Source of the DNA: Fidelibacterota bacterium
GTDB taxonomy: Bacteria > Fidelibacterota > Marinisomatia > Marinisomatales > TCS56
Assembly: GCA_043822705.1 (NCBI GenBank)
Contig: JBDRBK010000115.1
Location: 32,001 to 96,000, forward strand
Direction of reading: 5' to 3'
DNA length: 64,000 nt
In this document: positions 41,077 to 48,617 of the stretch, piece by piece
Numbering within the stretch: position 1 is the first letter of the stretch
Layout: the number at the start of each line of letters is the position of its first letter
The notes under the pieces: model-generated
Databases searched by the model: none
What the model saw: the letters and a program-made list of their open reading frames with translations, nothing else
What the model was told of the DNA's origin: nothing
Translations under genes and position numbers: made by a program

Positions 41077-42483
41077 ATGTCGCGAATATTAATCAAGAAC
41101 CCGCTCCTGGTCGCCACTATGGATGACCGCCGCCGGGAATTTCACGGCGGCCATATACTAGCCGAGAACGGCATTATCACAGCGCTGGGACCGGAACCTG
41201 CGGACCTGTCCGCCGATGAAGTCATCGATGCCGTCGGGATGGTAGTTCTTCCGGGACTGGTTAACACACATCATCATTTTTACCAAACCCTGACCCGCAA
41301 TATCCCGCTGATGCAGAACCAGCCCCTGTTCGGCTGGCTCACCAACCATTACCAGGTCTGGCGCGAACTCACCGCCGAGGCGGTGAGCATCAGCACTAAA
41401 ACGGCCCTGCTGGAATTGATGAAATCCGGTTGCAGCACCAGTTCCGACCACCTGTACCTGTTCCCGGCCCGGGAGACCGGTAAGTTGATCGATGCCCAGA
41501 TTGCCGCCGCCCGTGAAATCGGTACCCGTTTTCACGCCACCCGCGGTTCGATGTCGCTGGGAAAATCGCAAGGTGGTTTGCCACCGGATGACACGGTTCA
41601 GACCGAGGCGGAAATCCAGGCCGACACCGAACGGTTGCTGAAAACCTATCATGACGACGGGGAAGGAGCCATGATCCGCCTGGCCCTGGCGCCCTGCTCG
41701 CCGTTTTCAGTCACCCCGGAATTGATGCGTGCGGCTGCTGAATTCGCCCGTGCTAACAATTTGCAGATTCACACCCACCTGGCGGAAACCCTGGATGAGG
41801 AAAAATTCTGTCTCGAAACGTACGGAAAACGTCCCGCCGATTACGTGGATTCCCTGGGCTGGATCACCGATTTTGCCTGGTTTGCCCATTCAATATTCCT
41901 GAATGATGATGAAATCAAGCGGCTGGGCGCCACCGGTGCCGGCGTCAGTCACTGCCCTTCATCCAACATGCGGCTGGGCTCGGGCATCGCCCGTGTCCGG
42001 GAAATGCTGGATGCCGGCGTCAAGGTATCACTGGGGGTGGACGGTTCCGCCTCCAATGACGGCAGCAACCTGCTGGCTGAAGCGCGGCAGGCGCTGTTGA
42101 TTTCCCGCTTGCGTGAAGAGCAATACTGGCTCACCGCCCGCGATGTGCTGGCAATCGCCACCCGCGGCGGCGCCGCTGCTTTGGGTCGCAGTGATATCGG
42201 CGAGCTGGCGGTGGGCAAACGGGCCGACCTGGCCCTGTTTTCCGTGACCGGACTCGAGTATGCCGGCGCCCTGTCCGATCCCCTGGCGGCGCTGGTATTT
42301 ACCGTGCGGCAGTCGCCGGTGGACTACCTGCTGGTCGAGGGCGTGATCCGGATTCGGAACGGGCGCAGTCAGGTCGACGAACGCCAACTGGCGCAAACCC
42401 ATAACCGGCTGGCGGCCCGGATGCTGGAACAGGCCGGCGCCAGGACCGGTATCGATTTTCGGCAGCAGGAAGGTGATAGATAA
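41077..42483 (+). CDS. 8-oxoguanine deaminase-like amidohydrolase
   Basis: NTHHHFYQTLTR, SDHLY, RGSMS, APCSPFSV, HTHLAET, HCPSSNMRLGSG, GVDGSASND. Confidence 0.85.
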   Translation: MSRILIKNPLLVATMDDRRREFHGGHILAENGIITALGPEPADLSADEVIDAVGMVVLPGLVNTHHHFYQTLTRNIPLMQNQPLFGWLTNHYQVWRELTAEAVSISTKTALLELMKSGCSTSSDHLYLFPARETGKLIDAQIAAAREIGTRFHATRGSMSLGKSQGGLPPDDTVQTEAEIQADTERLLKTYHDDGEGAMIRLALAPCSPFSVTPELMRAAAEFARANNLQIHTHLAETLDEEKFCLETYGKRPADYVDSLGWITDFAWFAHSIFLNDDEIKRLGATGAGVSHCPSSNMRLGSGIARVREMLDAGVKVSLGVDGSASNDGSNLLAEARQALLISRLREEQYWLTARDVLAIATRGGAAALGRSDIGELAVGKRADLALFSVTGLEYAGALSDPLAALVFTVRQSPVDYLLVEGVIRIRNGRSQVDERQLAQTHNRLAARMLEQAGARTGIDFRQQEGDR

Positions 42484-42486
42484 CCT

Positions 42487-43209
42487 ATGTGGTCTTCGCT
42501 GAAAACCATTCACGTTCCGATTTCACTGGCTGCGGCCGCTGAGCTGGCGGTAAAACGCGGTCATGCCGTATTCGCCGGTGGCAGTTACCTGGCCGCGGAG
42601 CGCGATCCGGCCGTCACCACGCTGGTGGACATCAATCATCTGATCACGAGAAAAATCAAGGTCACCAAAGGACAAATCCGCTGTGGCGCCGGTGTCAGTT
42701 TACAGCAGTTGATCGACCAGCTGGAGACCGCAGACGACTTAAAACTGGCGACCGCCGCCCGCTGGTCCTGCGCCTCGAAAAATATCCGCAACCAACGCAC
42801 CATCGGCGGTGAAATCAGTCGCAGCCGGACCGATTCCGAGCTGGTGGTTCTGCTGCAGGCGTTGGCAGTCCGACTTGACCGGGCCGGTGACCGGATTATT
42901 ACCGAGTTAATCATTGAACATAACGATGTCGGCGCCGTTGCTCTTGAGCGTTTCGCGCTGTTGCCGTCGGCGCCGGCCTTTGTCATTGTCGCTGCCGTAC
43001 GGCGGAAGCATAATTATGATATTGCCGTTGGCGGCAGCGCAACCACGATCACTACTGCCGCAGTGGTGAAATCGGATTTCACCGACGACTGGATCGACAG
43101 CTTCGCCAGGGCGGTGGCCGGAAAATTCCGGGCCGATGAGGTCGGTTCCCGGAAATATAAACAATCCGTGGTCGCCACCGGCCTGCGGCGGGCGCGAGGG
43201 GTCTTATGA
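42487..43209 (+). CDS. FAD-binding subunit (YgfM-like), short and divergent
   Basis: FAGGSYL, NIRNQRTIGG, GSRKYK; overlaps the next gene. Confidence 0.7.
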   Translation: MWSSLKTIHVPISLAAAAELAVKRGHAVFAGGSYLAAERDPAVTTLVDINHLITRKIKVTKGQIRCGAGVSLQQLIDQLETADDLKLATAARWSCASKNIRNQRTIGGEISRSRTDSELVVLLQALAVRLDRAGDRIITELIIEHNDVGAVALERFALLPSAPAFVIVAAVRRKHNYDIAVGGSATTITTAAVVKSDFTDDWIDSFARAVAGKFRADEVGSRKYKQSVVATGLRRARGVL

Positions 43210-43643
43210 CCATCGAATTTATCTTGAATGACCGGCGCGTTGCAGTTGAAGCGGAGCCGGGCGCCAACCTGTTGGAAATGCTGCGGGAGCGGGGTTTGTT
43301 CAGCGTCAAGCATGGCTGCGATCACGGCGAATGCGGCGCTTGCACCGTGCTGCTGGACGAACGGGCCGTTAATGCCTGCCTGGTGCTGGCTTTTTCAGTG
43401 GCCGGGAAGAGGGTGGAGACGGTGGAGAAATTCAGCAGTCACGACCACTTGCACCCGCTGCAGGAAAAATTCATCGCCAGCGGGGCGATCCAGTGCGGTT
43501 TCTGCACGCCGGGGATGATCCTGGCGCTGGAAGCGCTACGGCGGGAGAAAGCGAATCCCACCGAAAGCGACGTCCGCGATGCCCTGGCCGGCAATCTCTG
43601 CCGTTGTACCGGCTACGTTAAACCGGTGGAGGCGGCCCAATGA
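43206..43643 (+). CDS. (2Fe-2S) subunit of an XdhD-like enzyme
   Basis: GCDHGECGACTV, QCGFCTPG, GNLCRCTGY. Confidence 0.9.
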   Translation: MTIEFILNDRRVAVEAEPGANLLEMLRERGLFSVKHGCDHGECGACTVLLDERAVNACLVLAFSVAGKRVETVEKFSSHDHLHPLQEKFIASGAIQCGFCTPGMILALEALRREKANPTESDVRDALAGNLCRCTGYVKPVEAAQ

Positions 43644-45925
43644 AGGTGATCGGCCAACAGACCGCCCGCATCGACGGCCGTGCCCTGGCTACCGGTCAGC
43701 CGGTATTCGCCGACGATATTGAATTAAAAAACGTGCTGCACTGTAAGGTGTTGCACAGCACCGTGGCGCATGCCCGGATCAAAAAAATTGATGCCGGCCG
43801 CGCCCTGCGGCGGCTCGGGGTGGTGGCGGTCTATACGCATGCCGATTTTCCGCGGCATTATTACACCACCGCCGGTCAGGGGTATCCCGAACCGGGTCCC
43901 CGGGATTACCGCATCCTGGACGACACCGTCCGCTACGTGGGTGACCGGGTGGCGTTGGTGGTGGCCGAATCGCTGGCCGCTGCCGAAGCTGCCTTGACGG
44001 CAATTGCCGTGGAATATGAAGAATTACCGGCGGCATTCGACCCGCGCGAAGCGCTGAACGGTAAGGTGGTAATCCATCCCGAGGCAGGCAAGACCGGCAT
44101 TCACGAAGTCGGCCGCAACGTTGCCGCCCACATCAGCGCCGAAGTTGGCGATGTGGAGGCGGCATTCAAGTCGGCACCCCACGTATTTGCCGGGGAATAC
44201 AGTACGCCCTTCGTCCAGCAGGCCCATATCGAACCGCATATCTGCCTGAGCTGGCGCGACGAGCACAACCGGATCGTGATTCGGACCGCCACCCAGGTAC
44301 CCTTTCATGTGCGGCGGATCGTGGCCGAGGTTCTGAATATACCCGTGGGACAGGTGCGGGTGATCAAGCCCCGGATCGGCGGCGGCTTCGGCGGCAAACA
44401 GGAAATATTGAACGAGGAACTGGTGGCGGCGGTGACGCTGAAAACCGGTCGTCCGGCCCGGCTGGAATACACCCGGGAAGAGGAATTTTACGCCGCCCGC
44501 TGCCGGCACCCGCAGATCACCAATTTCCGGATCGCCGTGGATGACGACCACTGCATCCAGGCCATCGACCTGAAAATACTGGAAAACACCGGCGCCTATG
44601 GCGCCCATTCACTGACGGTGATGTCGGTGACGGCCCAGAAGACGCTGTCGCTGTATCGGGCACCCAATCTGCGGGTCCACGGCGATGCGGTCTACACCAA
44701 CCTGCCGATCGCCGGGGCCTACCGTGGCTATGGCGCGCCCCAGGGTTTTTTCGGCCTGGAATCGCTGCTGGATGAGATTGCCGATCAATTGGGCATCGAT
44801 CCGGTGGAATTTCGCCATAAGAATTATGTGCGGGTGGGCGACGACCTGCCGATTGCCGCCATTCTGGGCGAAGGCCGGGAGGGTTACCCGGCCCAGGTGC
44901 GCTCATCGGGATTGCGGGAGTGCCTGGAGGAAGGCAAAAAACTGATCGGCTGGGACAAACTGCGCAACGCCGCCAGGAGCGGTGCGATCCGGCGCGGCGT
45001 CGGCGTGGCGGCGGTGGGGCAGGGCAGCGGGATTCCCGGGATCGACATGGGTTCGGCCTTTATTAAAATGAACGAGGACGCCAGTTTCAACCTGCTGGTG
45101 GGCGCCACCGACCTGGGGACCGGCTCCGACACGGTGCTGGCCCAGATCGCCGCCGAGGAACTGGGCGTAGCGGTGAATAAAATCATTGTCTACTCGTCGG
45201 ACACCGACCACACCCCCTTCGATACCGGCGCCTATGCTTCCAGCACGACTTACATCTCCGGGGCGGCCGTCAAAAAAGCGGCGGCGGCGGTGAAACGGCA
45301 GATTCTGGAACTGGGTAAAAAGTTATTGTCCGTGGATCAGGCGGAAATCCGGGACGGGCAGGTAGTGGCCCCGGGTGGCGAGAGCATATCCTTTGGAGAA
45401 ATCTGCACCAAAACCTTTTATACTGATGAGCAGACCCAGATCATGGCCACCGCCAGCCACTTGAGTTTCGATTCGCCCTCGCCCTACAACGCCACATTTG
45501 CCGATGTGAGCGTCGATACCGAAACCGGGCTGGTAACCGTGAACAAGGTGGTATCGGTGACTGACATCGGCCAGGTGATCAACCCGCAGATGGCGGAGGG
45601 GCAGACCGAAGGGGGCATCCCCCAGGCGTTGGGGATGGCGTTGACCGAATTCATGGTTTTCGACGATAAAGGCCGGCCGCGGAATACCGACTTCAACCGT
45701 TACCATATTTACACAGCCATCGATATGCCTGAGATCGTGGCCCGATTCATCCCTACCCACGAGCCCACCGGACCCTACGGCGCCAAGGCGGCGGCGGAGA
45801 TACCGATCAATGGTCCCGCCCCGGCGGTGCTGAATGCGATTTACAATGCCTGCGGGGTGCGGATTCGGGAGCTGCCGGTCACGCCGGAGAAGGTGCTGGC
45901 GGGATTAGTGAGGAGTAATAAGTAA
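43640..45925 (+). CDS. xdhD: XdhD-like molybdopterin oxidoreductase, Mo-binding subunit
   Basis: YTTAGQGYPEP, TQVPFHVRR, GGGFGGKQ, AYRGYG, DTGAYASS, GAKAAAEI. Confidence 0.85.
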   Translation: MKVIGQQTARIDGRALATGQPVFADDIELKNVLHCKVLHSTVAHARIKKIDAGRALRRLGVVAVYTHADFPRHYYTTAGQGYPEPGPRDYRILDDTVRYVGDRVALVVAESLAAAEAALTAIAVEYEELPAAFDPREALNGKVVIHPEAGKTGIHEVGRNVAAHISAEVGDVEAAFKSAPHVFAGEYSTPFVQQAHIEPHICLSWRDEHNRIVIRTATQVPFHVRRIVAEVLNIPVGQVRVIKPRIGGGFGGKQEILNEELVAAVTLKTGRPARLEYTREEEFYAARCRHPQITNFRIAVDDDHCIQAIDLKILENTGAYGAHSLTVMSVTAQKTLSLYRAPNLRVHGDAVYTNLPIAGAYRGYGAPQGFFGLESLLDEIADQLGIDPVEFRHKNYVRVGDDLPIAAILGEGREGYPAQVRSSGLRECLEEGKKLIGWDKLRNAARSGAIRRGVGVAAVGQGSGIPGIDMGSAFIKMNEDASFNLLVGATDLGTGSDTVLAQIAAEELGVAVNKIIVYSSDTDHTPFDTGAYASSTTYISGAAVKKAAAAVKRQILELGKKLLSVDQAEIRDGQVVAPGGESISFGEICTKTFYTDEQTQIMATASHLSFDSPSPYNATFADVSVDTETGLVTVNKVVSVTDIGQVINPQMAEGQTEGGIPQALGMALTEFMVFDDKGRPRNTDFNRYHIYTAIDMPEIVARFIPTHEPTGPYGAKAAAEIPINGPAPAVLNAIYNACGVRIRELPVTPEKVLAGLVRSNK

Positions 45926-46053
45926 TAGGTAATTAGTGAGCCTGCCTGCGCCAAGGCTTCGGCAGGTGAGAGCAGCTTAGCTGCTAAGTGAGAATGTCAG
46001 CCTGTGGCGGACTGGAGAGAATGCTTCGCTTAGTGAGGAACAACAAACTTGCT

Positions 46054-46170
46054 GTCATACTGAGCCTGCCTGTCAGGCGTAACGCAGTATAGACTGATCG
46101 AAGTATGATTCAATAAAACACCCTTCCCCGCCTGCGTACCTCCGGCGGGCAGGGACCAGCTCAGGGTGAC
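46054..46170. repeat. Inverted pair of GTCA/TGAC-type REP-like elements, each interrupted by a short insert
   Basis: GTCATACTGAGCCTG[..]TCGAAGTATG and CCCTTC[..]GACCAGCTCAGGGTGAC (reverse complement GTCACCCTGAGCTGGTCGAAGGG). Confidence 0.55.
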
Positions 46171-46195
46171 ATTGTCTTAATGTATCTGGTTCGTC

Positions 46196-46268
46196 CAATA
46201 CCTGCGGGGTGCGCATCCGCGAGCTGCCGGTGACACCGGAGAAGGTGCTGAATGTCTTAATAAAATGA
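46196..46268 (+). pseudogene. Orphan copy of the xdhD 3' end
   Basis: 46196-46250 matches 45844-45898 at 49/55 nt and reads NTCGVRIRELPVTPEKVLNVLIK*. Confidence 0.8.
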
Positions 46269-46302
46269 AAAATACATTCATTTACTAAGGGGATATTTTA
46301 TT

Positions 46303-46830
46303 ATGAAATTAAGAATGACAGAGGATGAGTATTTTAGTGATTTAACTTGGATCGGTCTTATAGGAGCCATTGCTGGTGCAGTTGGTGGGGCCTACCTTTC
46401 TGGTAAAACACCATTAGAAGAAGAAATTGTTACAAATTATAATATTGAGCAGAAGGAATTGGAGAGAAAACAGAGGCTGCTTGAGCCAATATTAGAATTG
46501 GAAAAACTAAAATCACATTCAAATGCTTTCAAGATTTATGTTGAATCAGTTGAACTATTTCTAAATGGATATTATCGAGCTTCATGCATATTCGCGGCTG
46601 CATTATTAGAACATATCCTGAAAAATAAATTTGGTCACGAAAAAGGATTTTCTGATTTAATTAACATTGCATACAATACGAGCCTACTATCAAAAAGTGA
46701 TAGACATTTTCTAGATGGAATTAGAGAAGAAAGGAATTCATTAATTCACGATTTCTCTTATAATATAAATGAGGATGAGGCAAAGACACTATTGTACCTG
46801 TCAGTAGCATTGATTAATAGATTATTATAG
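46303..46830 (+). CDS. HEPN-like (DUF4145-like) protein with N-terminal Gly-rich hydrophobic helix
   Basis: GYYRASCIFAAALLE helix and RNSLIH (Rx4H) motif; AT-rich. Confidence 0.6.
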   Translation: MKLRMTEDEYFSDLTWIGLIGAIAGAVGGAYLSGKTPLEEEIVTNYNIEQKELERKQRLLEPILELEKLKSHSNAFKIYVESVELFLNGYYRASCIFAAALLEHILKNKFGHEKGFSDLINIAYNTSLLSKSDRHFLDGIREERNSLIHDFSYNINEDEAKTLLYLSVALINRLL

Positions 46831-46844
46831 CTGTTAACTATATA

Positions 46845-47756
46845 ATGGTTAATAAACCAAAGAAACAGCACTATGTGGCCCGATCATACCTTAAAGGCTT
46901 TTCTAAAGAATATCTCAAACCAATGAGAAACCAAAATAATAATGAATTTTACTTATGGTACTATGATATTGAACGAAATGAATATAGAAAACAACATATA
47001 AAGGAAGTTGCACAACAAAGATACTTCTATTCATGGATAACAGAAAATGGTACTCGTAATTATAGCTTAGAGGAACACCTTTCAGAAATTGAATGCGCAA
47101 TCTATCCACTAATTTGTGATATTAATACAGTATCAACGGGATTGCAAAGCAGGAAGCAAAAAACTGGTCAAGTTACAATATCTCAAAACGAACGTGACTG
47201 GTTAATCGAGTATATTAGAATAATGATGGTTAGAGTACCATCAACAATTAATACGATTAGAGATTCGTTGATTGATGAGTTATCAGCATTTACTCAAGAA
47301 AACGTTAACAGTTCAAGCGAACTCATAAAACATGATTCTCTAATGGTTGCATTTGAAATGGGAACAAAAGATAACAAATTTCTTGATATCCTTAGAGAAC
47401 GTGAATTATGGGTGTTTTACCCAGCAGATCAACAAACAAGTTTTATAACTACTGATAGACCAGTCACACGATTTAATAAACTTAACCCAGATGGAATAAT
47501 CTACGACAATACCGAAATATATATACCACTTACTCAAAACTGTTTATTAATGGTGACCGGTGTCGAAAAAAATAAAAATCTTCTTCGATTCACCTCAATA
47601 AACGATAGGAGTTTAATAAGACGGATGAATCGTTATCTTGCGTCTTTTGCCACTAAAATTGTAATTGGAAGAGATAAAACTTTGTTAATATCAATTGTGA
47701 AAAACCTACAGTTTGATAAACAACCTAAGTATATAGAAGGTAAGTATAAATTTTAG
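46845..47756 (+). CDS. DUF4238-like protein
   Basis: KKQHYVARSYLKGF, LEEHLSEIE, RVP, FITTDRPV, IYIPLT; AT-rich. Confidence 0.7.
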   Translation: MVNKPKKQHYVARSYLKGFSKEYLKPMRNQNNNEFYLWYYDIERNEYRKQHIKEVAQQRYFYSWITENGTRNYSLEEHLSEIECAIYPLICDINTVSTGLQSRKQKTGQVTISQNERDWLIEYIRIMMVRVPSTINTIRDSLIDELSAFTQENVNSSSELIKHDSLMVAFEMGTKDNKFLDILRERELWVFYPADQQTSFITTDRPVTRFNKLNPDGIIYDNTEIYIPLTQNCLLMVTGVEKNKNLLRFTSINDRSLIRRMNRYLASFATKIVIGRDKTLLISIVKNLQFDKQPKYIEGKYKF

Positions 47757-47972
47757 ATTATCCATTTGTATGCAATAGTGACTACTATTCTTTGTATAGA
47801 GCAATTTCAAACCACTATAGAGAAACGGTTAAAACGGTTCTATCTGACTTGATGCATTTTTCTTCCAGATAAATCCATGTACTTGGAAATTCGGTGCCAA
47901 ACTGATTGATAAAACGTGAATCGACCCACCCCGTGCCGATTACCGGGACACACCTACCAAGAGTGTTATATT

Positions 47973-48000
47973 GTAAGGGCACGATGCATCGTGCCCCTAC
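47973..48000. repeat. GTAG-type REP-like palindrome (one mismatch)
   Basis: GTAAGGGCACGATG|CATCGTGCCCCTAC; same arms as 18520-18547. Confidence 0.75.
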
Positions 48001-48034
48001 CTCCCAGGCCACATAGTGCTAACTGGAAAGGTGG

Positions 48035-48430
48035 GGAAATACGTGCATTGGCCTGCTAAAACCTGTGTATAGGCCTACTAAAATGCGTGCATGGGTCTGG
48101 TAAAGCACGCATATAGGCACGGTAAAGTGCGTGTATGGGTCTGGTAAAGCACGCATATGGGCATGGTAAAACGCGTGCACCGGCCAGGCAAAACCCGCAT
48201 ATGGAACTGGTAAAGTGCGCGTATGATCACACTAAAACGCGCAGTCAGACCAATCGGAATGCACGGTCGGACCCCTCGGTACATGCGGTCGTACCCCTCG
48301 GAATGCACGGTCAGACCCCTCGGAACGGTCGGTCAGACCCCCCGGAACGTGCGGTCAGACCCCCCGGAACGTGCGGTCAGACCCCTCGGTACGGTCGGTC
48401 AGACCCACTGGAATACGTGGTTGGGGACAG
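48035..48430. repeat. Tandem array, 18 x 22 bp, two motif blocks in one register
   Basis: 10 units of type TAAARYRCGYRYATRGGY.... (48035-48254), then 8 units of type CGGWAYGNNCGGTCAGACCCCY (48255-48430). Confidence 0.9.
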
Positions 48431-48617
48431 GTGTTAGCCGTGGTGATGGATTTATTTTATGAGCACCAGCTTATTGGTCCGGGTGAAGCCGCTGCCGGTG
48501 CGCAGGCGGGGAAGCATGAGCCTGCCTGTGCGACGTAATCCGTCAGTGGGTGGCTGAAGGCGTATCGAAGCATGAGCCTGCTTGTCCGCCACTCCCGCCC
48601 CGCCGTAACTTCCATCC

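Noticed and set aside
26840..45925. Selenocysteine (in-frame TGA) in the Se-linked cluster
   Set aside because: The ORFs appear full-length with no interrupted domain. YqeB/YqeC systems use a labile Se cofactor rather than Sec.
48078..48462. ORFs over the 22-bp array
   Set aside because: The period is not divisible by 3, there is no RBS, and the translations are low-complexity.
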